A stretch of DNA of 64,000 bases from Akkermansia muciniphila (GCA_945890645.1 CAMDCV010000016.1:19028-83027); one strand, 5' to 3'; counted from the first letter of the stretch, positions 8,339-18,252 are shown. Translations and numbers: made by a program. Notes: generated by a model from the sequence alone, not told the origin.

Positions 8339-10272
8339 TGAGACGATTTTTCCTGATCTTTGGTTGTGCCATTTCATTTGCCGCTGCGCAAGAGTCGCCT
8401 GACCGCGCGGCGATTGTGTTTGTCGAGGGATTGCGCGATGATTGGGATAAGGACAAATTGGTGGCAAGCAGCGCCTTGAATCCCAATACCGGCGACCGCA
8501 AGAAGGACCAGATTTTTAGTGAATGGAAAAGCGAGAGCAAAAAAATTCTGCCCCAGCCTTTTGAGGTCGTAGATCGTAAAGTGATCGGTGATAATGCTGC
8601 GGTGCTGTTGCGTCAGTACGATGCGAAACAATCTAGCATCTCACATTTGCTCTCAGTCGCTGTGGTGAAGATTGATCAAACATGGCGCGCGGCGCCGGTG
8701 CTGAGCTCTTTTCAAAATAGCGTCGTTTCGTATGATGCGGAAATACTCGCACAACGCCGTGAGCTGGAGCAGTGGATGATGTCTCGTGAAGTATTGCTTC
8801 GCGAGGAAATGCAATTGAAGGCACGGCAGGCCATGCTCCAAGAGATGGAGAAAAGTATCAGTCCTGAGGTTCTTAAAACAATCGCACCACGCGAGTTGCT
8901 CGATGGCTTAATCACTGCGATCCGAGCGCGTGATGAGGCCGCTGTCATGGCGCGTCTGGGTGGTTTCTCCGCCGATGAGGTGGAGGAGTGGGAATTGATT
9001 TCTCGTCGGGTATCTGAGGTTGTGGCTGGCAAGGGCTTGCACGCCTGGCCGTGGAAATTGTTATCAGGACGTCAGGCCTTGCTCGCCATGGGGGAACCTC
9101 TTGACCTTGGTGATGAGAAAGTGATCGATATGTTGGTCATTCATCCCGAATCGATGATGGAGGATCCGGACTGGTTGTCTTTTCAAATTGTTCAAGATGA
9201 ACAGGGTCGTTCTCGAGTGCAATTGCCAGAAATTTTCATGCTGCGCAATGTTGCGGAGGAGGAAATGGGTGATGTGATGGACCTCGAAGTAGTCGAGCAC
9301 GTTGCCTTGTATGAGAAGCTTCGCGAACAAGCGCGGAAGAGTTTTGCAGGGGCTGACATGAGTCGTTCCTCAGCGTTGGCCGATGTGGTGGAGAAAAGTT
9401 TGCAGACCAATGACTTCGCGACCTACTGGGGCGCGGGTGCTTTGCCAGCGAATGTGCATCGCGTCGAAGACACGCCGCCTTTGGTGAGTTCATGGCAGAC
9501 CCTGCAAGGTTCTGCCGCGGGTTCGAGCTTATTTGGTCGTGTCGGTTTTCTCGAAAAGGAAGATTATGCGCTGTTGGTCTTGCAGTCCTATACTCCCCGC
9601 AGTGTGGAATCGATACAAGTGCAGAAAATCTGGCTGCAACGCAAGAATCAGCAGTGGTCATTGCTGCCGACGGAACCAGAAATGCCACCTGAAGCCATCA
9701 CCAAGTGGTGGGATGAAAATCGCAAAGCTTGGGCGGTGAAATTGGCCGACTCTCTCGTTGCCGATGCCGTTCGCATTGGCGGCCTTGCGCAACAACATCC
9801 GGAAGTCAGCCGCGTCCGCGAGGTCTTTGCCGAATGGTTGAAAAGTGTGCAGGAAAAAAGTCTCGCTCAGGTCGTTCGTTATTGCGCTGCCTTTCAGGAT
9901 GATCGTTCGGTGCAAGCAATGATGCGAACACTGGCAGGGGAACTCATGTATGGCGCAGGCAAGTATGAGGTGTTGGCAGTCAATGCCAATGGTAGATGGA
10001 CTACTGTCAGCGCCAAGTATTTGTCCGATAAGCCCTTGTCGACTCCGCAGTTCCCGCTTTATGTCTTTGTGGCCACGGATCAAGGCCCACGCATGCTGCC
10101 ACAGATTGATCTGAAACTGGCCCTCACTTCCAATCGCAGTCGCACGTATCTGAATGCATTGGCTTTTACCGATTTGAAAAAATGGGTGCCGGACACGGCG
10201 GTGGTGGAGTTGCAGAAACTCTTCGAACAACACTCGGAGTTGGTGAAGCAACAGTCGGTGATCAAGCCATGA
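8338..10272 (+). CDS. hypothetical secreted protein (644 aa) with four similar modules
   Basis: Signal peptide MRRFFLIFGCAISFAAAQ. The start overlaps the M42 stop by 1 nt. There is no catalytic motif, and the internal repetition is described in findings. Confidence 0.65.
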   Translation: MRRFFLIFGCAISFAAAQESPDRAAIVFVEGLRDDWDKDKLVASSALNPNTGDRKKDQIFSEWKSESKKILPQPFEVVDRKVIGDNAAVLLRQYDAKQSSISHLLSVAVVKIDQTWRAAPVLSSFQNSVVSYDAEILAQRRELEQWMMSREVLLREEMQLKARQAMLQEMEKSISPEVLKTIAPRELLDGLITAIRARDEAAVMARLGGFSADEVEEWELISRRVSEVVAGKGLHAWPWKLLSGRQALLAMGEPLDLGDEKVIDMLVIHPESMMEDPDWLSFQIVQDEQGRSRVQLPEIFMLRNVAEEEMGDVMDLEVVEHVALYEKLREQARKSFAGADMSRSSALADVVEKSLQTNDFATYWGAGALPANVHRVEDTPPLVSSWQTLQGSAAGSSLFGRVGFLEKEDYALLVLQSYTPRSVESIQVQKIWLQRKNQQWSLLPTEPEMPPEAITKWWDENRKAWAVKLADSLVADAVRIGGLAQQHPEVSRVREVFAEWLKSVQEKSLAQVVRYCAAFQDDRSVQAMMRTLAGELMYGAGKYEVLAVNANGRWTTVSAKYLSDKPLSTPQFPLYVFVATDQGPRMLPQIDLKLALTSNRSRTYLNALAFTDLKKWVPDTAVVELQKLFEQHSELVKQQSVIKP

Positions 10273-10323
10273 TGCGACGCACCTCGTTCCCCGCACACGC
10301 AGGTAAAACTTTTTGATTCGATC

Positions 10324-11649
10324 ATGCGGCGCTCTCTCTATCACTTTTATCGATGGACAGCTGCGGCGAAATTTCTGCTCGGGCGGCGCATTCTGCCTGC
10401 GGGCTGGGGCATGGGCATGGCTTCCATCGTCGCCGCCACGATGCTGATGGGTAGTCCCATCACGCCACTCTACCAAATGTTCGCCTTGCTTTTTGGTTTG
10501 TCCACGGTGGCCTTGTTCTGGGCTTGGTCGCGTCGTGCTCACTTACACGCCCAACGCGAACTGCCGACCCATGCGGCGGCGGGACAGCCACTGCGCTATA
10601 CTGTGTTGGTGCGGAATGGCGGCTCGCGCATGCGGCACTGGAGTGTGCAGGAAACACCGCCCGATCCACGACCCTCATGGCGGGTGTTCTCTCTCTCTCG
10701 TGAACCAGGAGAAACGTATCGCAATGGCTTTGATCGCTATTTTGCCTTCAATCGCTGGCAGTGGTTGCTGGAAAAAGCCCGATTGTATGATGGCGGCGAA
10801 AGCAAGGCAGGCCCTCTGTGCGAGAGTGATGGCACGTGTCGCTTGACGATTACACTCACACCGCTGCGTCGTGGTTGCATCGTACTCGATGACATGCGCG
10901 TGCTATTGCCTGACCCGTTTCGATTTTTCCAACGTGCGCGCAAGGTCGATGCGCCTCCCGCTCATCTTGCGGTGCTGCCACGGCGCTACCGACTTCCACC
11001 CTTTCGCTTGCCCGGTACCGCACATTATCATGCCGGCGATGACGCCACTTCGCGCCAAAGCGGCAACAGTGGCGAGTTCACTTCTCTTCGTGAATACCGC
11101 GTCGGCGATCCACCGCGCATGATTCACTGGAAATCGTGGGCCAAACTAGGCCGACCCATCATCAAGGAAGTGGAGGATGTGGTGTTTCCGCGTTATGCAC
11201 TGGTGCTCGATACTTTCGCCGCTGGAAACGAGTGGGAATTTGAAGAAGCGGTATCGGTGGCGGCATCGTTTGTGGCAGAGATCGATACCGAGGAGGTCAT
11301 GCTCGACTTAATGTTTCTCGGCCACCAAGAACATGTCATCACCGCCGGGCGCGGCCTCGCTGATTCGCTGAAATTGTTAGAAGCACTGGCCGCCGTCTCG
11401 ATGGCCTCCGATGAAAATTTCGAAGCGCTGAGTCGTTTGATCGCAAGACACGGTGGGGATCTCAGTGCGTGCATTTGTGTTTTCACAGGATGGTCGGAAT
11501 CACGCGCTCAATTTCTGCGTTCGCTCGATGCCTTAGGCCTCACCAGTATTGCCATCGCCGTGCAAACGGACGATACGCCCTTGCCCGGCAGAGTCCATGC
11601 GATACGCGCCACACACGTGCAAGAAGACTTGATGAAGTGGCGGGGGTGA
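10324..11649 (+). CDS. DUF58 domain-containing membrane protein
   Basis: Two N-terminal TM helices, then the DUF58 signature FTSLREYRVGDPPRMIHWKSWAKLGRPIIKEVED. Confidence 0.85.
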   Translation: MRRSLYHFYRWTAAAKFLLGRRILPAGWGMGMASIVAATMLMGSPITPLYQMFALLFGLSTVALFWAWSRRAHLHAQRELPTHAAAGQPLRYTVLVRNGGSRMRHWSVQETPPDPRPSWRVFSLSREPGETYRNGFDRYFAFNRWQWLLEKARLYDGGESKAGPLCESDGTCRLTITLTPLRRGCIVLDDMRVLLPDPFRFFQRARKVDAPPAHLAVLPRRYRLPPFRLPGTAHYHAGDDATSRQSGNSGEFTSLREYRVGDPPRMIHWKSWAKLGRPIIKEVEDVVFPRYALVLDTFAAGNEWEFEEAVSVAASFVAEIDTEEVMLDLMFLGHQEHVITAGRGLADSLKLLEALAAVSMASDENFEALSRLIARHGGDLSACICVFTGWSESRAQFLRSLDALGLTSIAIAVQTDDTPLPGRVHAIRATHVQEDLMKWRG

Positions 11650-11728
11650 GGGGATCAGCGCTTGAGACAATTCTGCTGCCCGTTCATTTCCTCTCAAATT
11701 GAATGCTCAATGCTTAGACACGTCTTCT

Positions 11729-12211
11729 TTATTGCGAAGCCGGAACATACTTCTCATAACGAGATAACTGGATCCCGTCCATAGCATGCAATGGCTTCAG
11801 GTAACCCACATTATAGACAAGTTCATGCATCATATGCGCGCCAATAGATGAACCTGGTTTTGGTTCCTTAATGAAGGCAACATGATAAACCGTATCAGCT
11901 TTGAAATTTCCGCTAAAATCATCACAGGTTGGACCTGTAATCGTAGGATATTTGATATCCAGCACACGACGACCGGGTTTTAGTGTTAGGCGAGTAAAGC
12001 TGCCTTTCGGTAACTTGGCTACTGCCTGACCATCGAGGGTAACAGTTCCTGATAGCACTTCCGTTTGCGGTGGAATATGAACAAAGACAGTGGCTTTGTC
12101 GCGTGGTAAACCCGTGGAAATTTGTTCGATCTGTTCTAACGAAGTGATTTCACGCTGTGTTACACAGCTAGTAAACAATACCGAGGCAATGATCCCTGCA
12201 ATAGTTTTCAT
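11729..12211 (-). CDS. putative lipoprotein (DUF2846-like)
   Basis: Lipobox VLFTSC. The pattern KATVFVHIPPQ...TVTLDGQAVAKLPKGSFTRLTLKPGRRVLDI resembles DUF2846, assigned from memory only. Confidence 0.55.
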   Translation of the reverse strand: MKTIAGIIASVLFTSCVTQREITSLEQIEQISTGLPRDKATVFVHIPPQTEVLSGTVTLDGQAVAKLPKGSFTRLTLKPGRRVLDIKYPTITGPTCDDFSGNFKADTVYHVAFIKEPKPGSSIGAHMMHELVYNVGYLKPLHAMDGIQLSRYEKYVPASQ

Positions 12212-12229
12212 TTGCTGTTGAGATAGGTA

Positions 12230-13360
12230 TCAACGCTCTTCAATCGGCTTCACGGCGCTGAGTTCTTTGGGGCCGGTGTAGAGGGTGAGGGGGCGGTAGA
12301 GGCGGTTGTCGCGGAGTTGCTCCAGCACCTGCGCCGTCCAGCCAGACATACGGGCGATGGCGAAGATCGGCGTGAACAGATCGGTCGGGATGCTCAGGGA
12401 GTGATAAACAGTCGCCGAATAGAAATCGACGTTGGCGTTGAGGTTCTTGCGCTCGCGCATGATTTGGGCGATTCGCTCGGACATTTGAATCCATTTCGGC
12501 TCGCCGAGTTCTTGGGTGAGCTCGATGGCGAGCTTGCGCAGGTGCGGGGCGCGGGGGTCGAGCACTTTGTAAACGCGGTGGCCGATGCCCATGATCTTTT
12601 CTTTGCGCGAGAGCTTGCCCTCGACGTAGGCATCGACATTTTCGAGGCTGCCAATTTCTTCGAGCATGAGGATGACGCCCTCGTTGGCACCGCCGTGGAG
12701 TGGGCCTTTGAGCGTGCCGATGGCGGAAGTCATCGCGGAATAAAAATCCGAGAGAGTCGCGACGGTGACACGCGCGGAAAATGTCGAGGCATTCATGCCG
12801 TGGTCGGCGTGCAAGGTGTAGGCGACGTCGAGAATTTTTGTGGCACGCTCCGAAGGTGCTTCGCCGGTGATGAGGTAGAGGAAATGTGCGGCTTCCGAGA
12901 GGTCGGTGCGGACGGGAGGAAGTTCGAGGCCTTGGCGGAAGCGATGGAAGGCAGCAACGATGACGGGCGTTTTGGCAACCAGAGAAATGGCGATGAGCGC
13001 ATTCGCGGCCATGTCTGGTTCGCCGATGGTGGCGCGTTTGTCGTAGAGACCGAGCATAGAAACGCCGGTGCGCAGGACGTCCATGGGATTGGCATCGCGT
13101 GGGGCGGATTTGAGGAAATCAAGCACGCCTTGTGGCAGTTCGCGTTGACTGCGGAGTTCTTGCTCCATGGCGGCGAGCTCCGTGTGGTTCGGCAGGTGGC
13201 CATGGTGAAGGAGGTGGGTCACTTCCTCGAAGTTGCAGTTTTCCACCAACTCATCGATGCTATAGCCGAGGTAGCTGAGCCGGCCCTCCGCGCCTTCTAC
13301 GTTGGATAGTGCGGATTCATTGGCGATAACACCTTCTAGGCCTTTTGCGTATGTGGTCAT
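12230..13360 (-). CDS. gltA: citrate synthase
   Basis: GLEGVIANESALS, LKGPLHGGANE, GIGHRVYKVLDPRA and NVDFYSA. The track start 13402 is TTG. ATG 13360 (MTTYAKGLEGV) gives a typical ~376-aa enzyme. Confidence 0.93.
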   Translation of the reverse strand: MTTYAKGLEGVIANESALSNVEGAEGRLSYLGYSIDELVENCNFEEVTHLLHHGHLPNHTELAAMEQELRSQRELPQGVLDFLKSAPRDANPMDVLRTGVSMLGLYDKRATIGEPDMAANALIAISLVAKTPVIVAAFHRFRQGLELPPVRTDLSEAAHFLYLITGEAPSERATKILDVAYTLHADHGMNASTFSARVTVATLSDFYSAMTSAIGTLKGPLHGGANEGVILMLEEIGSLENVDAYVEGKLSRKEKIMGIGHRVYKVLDPRAPHLRKLAIELTQELGEPKWIQMSERIAQIMRERKNLNANVDFYSATVYHSLSIPTDLFTPIFAIARMSGWTAQVLEQLRDNRLYRPLTLYTGPKELSAVKPIEER

Positions 13361-13483
13361 GGGCAATATTTTGTCGGGGTTAAGAAAGCGTTTGGCAGGC
13401 AAGTGCGCAAGGGAGAAACACGGAAATCAGAGAAAAAGCGATAAGTTTGCCAAGATTAGCGAATTCTGCCAGCATGGCGGCGG

Positions 13484-14140
13484 ATGAATGATCGTGTGAC
13501 GGTAGTCGTGGAAACCTCCACCCCCGAGGGCAGTGTGGGGCTTTGGCACGAAACATGGCAGGAAAAACTCTTTGTCAGCGAGCGCAGCCACAACTGTGCG
13601 ATCTTCCCACCCTTGCAGGAAATGCTGGACTCCATCACAGGGATCTCCATTGATCTGATTCTCGTTGGCACGGGCCCTGGCAGTTACAGCGGCACGCGAG
13701 TGGGCATTGCAGTGGCGCAAGGACTGGCGATTGCGCATGGGGCGAGTTTGATCGGTCTGCCATCGATCGTTGCCACGCCTTCCGCGCGGGAAAAAGCTCA
13801 TTGTCGCGCCATTGGCAATGCTCGACGCGGCGATTGGTGGTGGTGCGATGTGATCGATGGCAAGTGCGATGATTTTCCGCAGATGGGCAGCAAGGATCAA
13901 CTCTTTGAGGTGCTCCGCGATGGCGTGCCAGTTTTTTCGTTAGATCCGATCGCGGAGGAAGAGTTTGGCTGTGCAGTGCCGCAGGAAACCCCGAGCGCGG
14001 GTCGGTTGTGGCAAGCGTGGCAGGCATTGAGCATCGAGCAGCAGCAACATTTCGCCGCTCAGATCGTGCAACCGGTCTATCTCAAGCCACCGCACATCAC
14101 GATGGCGAAACCGGGGCATCCCTTGCAACGAGGTCGATAA
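13484..14140 (+). CDS. tsaB: tRNA t6A37 biosynthesis protein TsaB (YeaZ)
   Basis: VVVETSTPEGSVGL at the N-terminus and LILVGTGPGSYSGTRVGIAVAQGLAIAHGASLIGLPS are typical of TsaB. Confidence 0.85.
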   Translation: MNDRVTVVVETSTPEGSVGLWHETWQEKLFVSERSHNCAIFPPLQEMLDSITGISIDLILVGTGPGSYSGTRVGIAVAQGLAIAHGASLIGLPSIVATPSAREKAHCRAIGNARRGDWWWCDVIDGKCDDFPQMGSKDQLFEVLRDGVPVFSLDPIAEEEFGCAVPQETPSAGRLWQAWQALSIEQQQHFAAQIVQPVYLKPPHITMAKPGHPLQRGR

Positions 14141-14143
14141 CTG

Positions 14144-14941
14144 TTAGATTTCCACGCGTTTGATCAGCGGCGGGCACTTGCGCAAAAATCGTTTGGCGAG
14201 AATTTCAAATTGCTCGGATAGGTCGGTGAGCGCGATGGATAAGGTGCCGATTTGGGCAGAGTCGGCGAGCATGTCGAGTCGTGCGAGCTCTTGTTGCAAA
14301 TGCAGCGCGCAAGTCGTGGCGGAATCGACAATGCGCACGCGATCGCCGATCATTTCTTGCAACATCGGCACGAGCAGGGGGTAGTGCGTGCAGGCCAGTA
14401 ACAGCGTGTCGATGTGCTTGTCCAACATCGGCTGTAAATAAGTATCGAGGACTTGTCGCGTAGCGGGGTGATCGATCCAGTTTTCCTCGATCAAAGGCAC
14501 TAAAAGAGGAGTAGCTTGTTCGACGATCATCATGCCCGTGCGGCGCAGGGCGAGGGCGTGTTGGTAGGCATGTGAATGGATCGTGCCGCGAGTAGCGATG
14601 ATGCCCACGCGTTGAGTTTGTGGGTCGGCGAGCACGGCTTCGACACCCGCTTCGATGACGCCGATGATGGGAATTTGGTAGCGTTCTTGCAACATCGGCA
14701 GAGCATGAGCGGTTGCGGTATTGCAAGCGACAACGATGGCCTTGACGTTTTGTGTTAGCAAATAGCGCACGTCTTCATCGGAAAAGCGGCGTATCGTTTC
14801 GGGTGACTTCGAGCCATAGGGCACGCGCGCGGTGTCGCCGAGGTAAACAATGTGTTCGCTGGGCAGCAGTTCTTGCACGGCGCGCACCACCGTCAGACCA
14901 CCGACTCCCGAATCAAATATCCCCAACGCGCTGTTGTTCAC
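14144..14941 (-). CDS. murI: glutamate racemase
   Basis: LGIFDSGVGGLTV, YLGDTARVPYGSKS, and the catalytic Cys motifs VVACNTATA and LLACTHYPLL. Confidence 0.93.
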   Translation of the reverse strand: MNNSALGIFDSGVGGLTVVRAVQELLPSEHIVYLGDTARVPYGSKSPETIRRFSDEDVRYLLTQNVKAIVVACNTATAHALPMLQERYQIPIIGVIEAGVEAVLADPQTQRVGIIATRGTIHSHAYQHALALRRTGMMIVEQATPLLVPLIEENWIDHPATRQVLDTYLQPMLDKHIDTLLLACTHYPLLVPMLQEMIGDRVRIVDSATTCALHLQQELARLDMLADSAQIGTLSIALTDLSEQFEILAKRFLRKCPPLIKRVEI

Positions 14942-14996
14942 GCGCTTGGTTTATACGAGATGCGACACGCCGCCAAGCGGGAAAATGTTTCGCTTT

Positions 14997-17162
14997 CTAG
15001 CGAGCTTGCGAACGCAGCGACTGACAAAGTTTTTGCAATCGTTCGGTCAGCGTCGGTTCCGGATCGGCGGGGTCATAGCGCAGGCGATTGTGCAAATCGA
15101 TGGCTTCCTGCACCGTGTTTGGGTCGGCGAGTGGTTCGAGCTTTTTCACCCACAGCGCAAAGGGCGTGCCGACTGGGCGATGGCCGATTTTCGAAATCAA
15201 CCAACGCTCTAACTCTGACAGGGGTGTCTTGCGCGCAGCCACTTTTTTCTGTTTCGCGCGACCTTGCATCCGGGTGCGAGTTTTCCACAAGCGATAGATG
15301 ACCCAGGCCGCCACCATTGCTGCGATGGAAGAAAATATCGTCACCACCAATGTCTGGTTTTCTGGTTGCGTCCGCCAAATGGTGAAATTCTCGCGCAGGC
15401 GTTGCAAGGCATCGAGCATATCGCGTCGCCAGCCTCCCATGCCGACATCTGCCGCGATCCATGACGGCGGGGTGGTATCGACATTTTGCCAGCGCTGTGT
15501 TTGATCATTCCAGACACGGCACCAAGCATGGGCGTGCGTGCCGCGCAGAACGTATTCGCCGGTTTTGTTGTTGCGCTCTTGCACGGAAAATCCCACGCAG
15601 TAGCGCGCCTTCACGCCCGCTGTGCGCAGTAGCAACGTCGTCGCGGTGGCGAAGTACTCACAGTGGCCGCTTTTTTCTTCTAACAAAAATTGTGCCAACG
15701 CACTATCCCGCCCGGTCATGGTGCGATAGCGACTACCGCGTTCCTCAGCACGCCATTTTTCGCGCAGTTGCCCTTGGATGCGGAGGTAGGTCGAATACTT
15801 GAAATTCCGATAGAAATACAAGCGCAGCGCGGCGATTTTTTCTTCTAGGGGTAGATTTTCAAGTTCCAATGATTCTACGATTTCCCGGAGCACCGCACGT
15901 TCTTGAGCGGGGACATAGAGATCGATCGATTCCTGATCCGCATTCTCCGCAGGAAAAGGCGGTCCATCACGATCAAAGGGGCCATCCCGACGAACGACTG
16001 TCTCCACCACCGCATGGCGCGGCGTCATGCGAATCGTGCCGATGGAGTTCGATTCAAGTTCCTGCACATTCACATACATCGTGAAAAGCGAACCTGGGAG
16101 AGGAATCAGTGAATCGGTCTCCACCGCGCCGATCAAACGAAAGCGCGGCAAATCAGCGCGGTCTTCCTCACCCACACTGATCTCGCCGGTCGTACGATAC
16201 AGTTTCTCATCATCGGCCGCATTTTCACCGCGATCGGCTCGACCGACAGCCGCGAGACCTTTAAAGTCCATCTCCTGCGTATTGCCTGAGGGTGGCTCGT
16301 AGCGCCAATGACCACTGGCAAAATAGCGGTTATAACTCGCGGTCTGCAAAAGGTCCGGCGCTGGGCCTTCTTCATTGTAGAGGCGCCAGAAAATTTCCGA
16401 CGACTGCTTGATCTGACCCACGTGGCCGATGTTTGTATTGCTGCGATGCCACTGGCTGCTCTGCGCCGATGAAGCTTCGCCGCCCGCGCTTTGTCCCATC
16501 AAATACCAGTGCGCGCGCAATAGTCCCCACTGCGCGGCGGCGGCGAGTCCCATCATCAGCAGAAGTCCGATCACCAGCGGCTTTTTTTGTTGCGCGCGAA
16601 TGCCCGTGCAACTCCACAAACACCAAGCACTCAACACCAAGATCCCGATGAAAAAAAAGTCGTCATACGCATTGCTGCCCGCGGCGGAAAATAGCAACGC
16701 GATGACAAAATACACCGGCGTGAACGAGATGCGCTGGGACTGCGGGTTCATGCCCAACTCGCGATCGAGTGCCAATTTTTTCCGCGAGAAATACGAGAAG
16801 GTATTCAGCGGAATCGTATCCGAAAATCCATACGCCTGCGTGAACTGCACCGACAATAAAAACAACGGCATCCACGACACAAATTCACGCACGGTCTCGG
16901 GCTGCACGCCATTCATCCACAGCACAAATGCCGTGAGCATCATCGCGGTCACTGATAAGGTCCACGCCCGCACATACGCGGTTTCGCCAAAGTTCCAGCG
17001 TAGATTCAGCCAATGCGGACCCTCAAACAAAAAGGCCAGCAACAGTCCCACTACCGGCAGATCCACCATCCAGCCCCAGAAAATCAAAGTCGCTCCCAAT
17101 AGCATGCGCGGAAATCCCGCTGCCGATCCTGGGTGAGTCGCGACTTTTGCCTCCATGCCCAA
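14997..17162 (-). CDS. transglutaminase-like membrane protein (TgpA-like, DUF3488 + transglutaminase core)
   Basis: Multiple N-terminal TM helices. Cys-protease-like core EKSGHCEYFATATTLLLRTAGVKARYCVGF, then GTHAHAWCRVW, then a C-terminal TM helix. Confidence 0.85.
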   Translation of the reverse strand: MGMEAKVATHPGSAAGFPRMLLGATLIFWGWMVDLPVVGLLLAFLFEGPHWLNLRWNFGETAYVRAWTLSVTAMMLTAFVLWMNGVQPETVREFVSWMPLFLLSVQFTQAYGFSDTIPLNTFSYFSRKKLALDRELGMNPQSQRISFTPVYFVIALLFSAAGSNAYDDFFFIGILVLSAWCLWSCTGIRAQQKKPLVIGLLLMMGLAAAAQWGLLRAHWYLMGQSAGGEASSAQSSQWHRSNTNIGHVGQIKQSSEIFWRLYNEEGPAPDLLQTASYNRYFASGHWRYEPPSGNTQEMDFKGLAAVGRADRGENAADDEKLYRTTGEISVGEEDRADLPRFRLIGAVETDSLIPLPGSLFTMYVNVQELESNSIGTIRMTPRHAVVETVVRRDGPFDRDGPPFPAENADQESIDLYVPAQERAVLREIVESLELENLPLEEKIAALRLYFYRNFKYSTYLRIQGQLREKWRAEERGSRYRTMTGRDSALAQFLLEEKSGHCEYFATATTLLLRTAGVKARYCVGFSVQERNNKTGEYVLRGTHAHAWCRVWNDQTQRWQNVDTTPPSWIAADVGMGGWRRDMLDALQRLRENFTIWRTQPENQTLVVTIFSSIAAMVAAWVIYRLWKTRTRMQGRAKQKKVAARKTPLSELERWLISKIGHRPVGTPFALWVKKLEPLADPNTVQEAIDLHNRLRYDPADPEPTLTERLQKLCQSLRSQAR

Positions 17163-17217
17163 AGCATCTCACACGATCCCCTTGCAAGCAAGCCGTGAGA
17201 TGGGTAGTGTCTGCACT

Positions 17218-17760
17218 ATGAATTCGCTGCTGCGCCCCGCCTGCCCTTGGCTGCCAGTGGTCGATTACGGGGACTGGCTGGACCATTCTCTGCTCCGTCG
17301 ACACGGCGATGCGCGCGATGCGAATTTCTATTACGATGCGTTGCGTTACGGACAATTCCACTGGCGCCACGGCCATGCAGGGCGCGCCCTATTAGCGGTC
17401 ACCCGCGCGCTCTATGCGCAAGTGCCGCCGGATGATGCGATCTTGCGAATTTGGCCACTGCCGTATGCCGCGCTGGCATGGATGTTAAGAGAAAACGACA
17501 GCGATGATTTCCCTGGTAATCCTCGTCTAAGCTACCAACACCAAGCCTGCCGCCTGCGTGGCGAAAGACGTGAACTCCGCACCGCCCGTGCCTGGGCCGT
17601 TTGGGCACTCGCCTGCGCCGCCCGACCCCACCTACCCGGCGATCCCACATGCCCCGAGCTTTCTCTAACAGAAATCGCCGAGAGTCTCGAAAAAGAAGCC
17701 CATCCCGGCGAAGCCCCCCTATGGAGAAGGGCTTTGCAAGCCCTTGATTCAAAGCCATAA
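17218..17760 (+). CDS. hypothetical protein
   Basis: GC-rich ORF with a coding-like composition and no recognisable motif. ATG 17218 avoids overlap with the divergent transglutaminase gene. Its 3' end is duplicated at 18211-18252. Confidence 0.5.
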   Translation: MNSLLRPACPWLPVVDYGDWLDHSLLRRHGDARDANFYYDALRYGQFHWRHGHAGRALLAVTRALYAQVPPDDAILRIWPLPYAALAWMLRENDSDDFPGNPRLSYQHQACRLRGERRELRTARAWAVWALACAARPHLPGDPTCPELSLTEIAESLEKEAHPGEAPLWRRALQALDSKP

Positions 17761-17761
17761 G
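17723..17761 (+). repeat. left copy of a ~40-nt direct repeat (covers the 3' end and stop of the 17218..17760 gene)
   Basis: The sequence is GGAGAAGGGCTTTGCAAGCCCT TGATTC AAAGCCATAAG. The 22-nt and 11-nt blocks are identical to 18211-18232 and 18242-18252. It contains the hairpin GGGCTT-tgc-AAGCCC. Confidence 0.85.
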
Positions 17762-17770
17762 AGGTAATCA

Positions 17771-18199
17771 TTGAATATGACTACGTACATTATCAATTTT
17801 GCAAGAAAACACCGATTCATAACCCTATGTTCACTCATTGCATTTTTTGTCGCATTCATACTCATCGTTTTTGGTTATATCCCGAGAAAAAATGCGAGAA
17901 GTCATTTTCTGGAAACTGACCAATTACCCGATTTGAAAATCGTCAATCATTGGCAAGAGTCAGGAGATATAGTCATCCAAATCAGAAAAGAACAGGCATC
18001 CACGACTGAGGATATTGTCAAAACATTGGACCTAGGATATGGCTTCATGGATAATCAAATCAATCAGATACAAAGCATTACAAATCATAGATTAAAAAAT
18101 CCATACACTGTAGTCTACGGCGGCATGTCAAAGAGTGGTGCATCCATCACAATGATTGAGTATGAAGACTTCCTTTTTTTGAAAGCCAGTTACCACTAG
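17771..18199 (+). CDS. hypothetical single-pass membrane protein on an AT-rich cassette
   Basis: ORF of 142 aa (TTG 17771, or ATG 17777 preceded by AAGAGG at 17757-17762). One TM helix FITLCSLIAFFVAFILIVFGYI. The segment is strongly AT-rich compared with its flanks. Confidence 0.5.
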   Translation: MNMTTYIINFARKHRFITLCSLIAFFVAFILIVFGYIPRKNARSHFLETDQLPDLKIVNHWQESGDIVIQIRKEQASTTEDIVKTLDLGYGFMDNQINQIQSITNHRLKNPYTVVYGGMSKSGASITMIEYEDFLFLKASYH

Positions 18200-18210
18200 A
18201 TTGGCTCTAG

Positions 18211-18252
18211 GGAGAAGGGCTTTGCAAGCCCTGAATTCTTCAAAGCCATAAG
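18211..18252 (+). repeat. right copy of the direct repeat (displaced duplicate of the gene 3' end)
   Basis: The sequence is GGAGAAGGGCTTTGCAAGCCCT GAATTCTTC AAAGCCATAAG. In its own frame it reads GRRALQALNSSKP-stop. It is extended to 18272 by the palindromic arms GGAGAAGGG/CCCTTCTCC. Confidence 0.85.

Noticed and set aside
9658-10542. 294-aa ORF on the minus strand spanning the end of the 644-aa gene and the start of DUF58
   Set aside because: It is antisense to two well-supported plus-strand genes. Its Arg/His/Gln-rich composition is not protein-like.
12317-13309. 330-aa ORF on the plus strand
   Set aside because: It is fully antisense to citrate synthase, whose motifs are unambiguous. The product is Gly/Arg/Asp/Glu-rich with no motif. 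This is a typical shadow ORF of a GC-rich gene.
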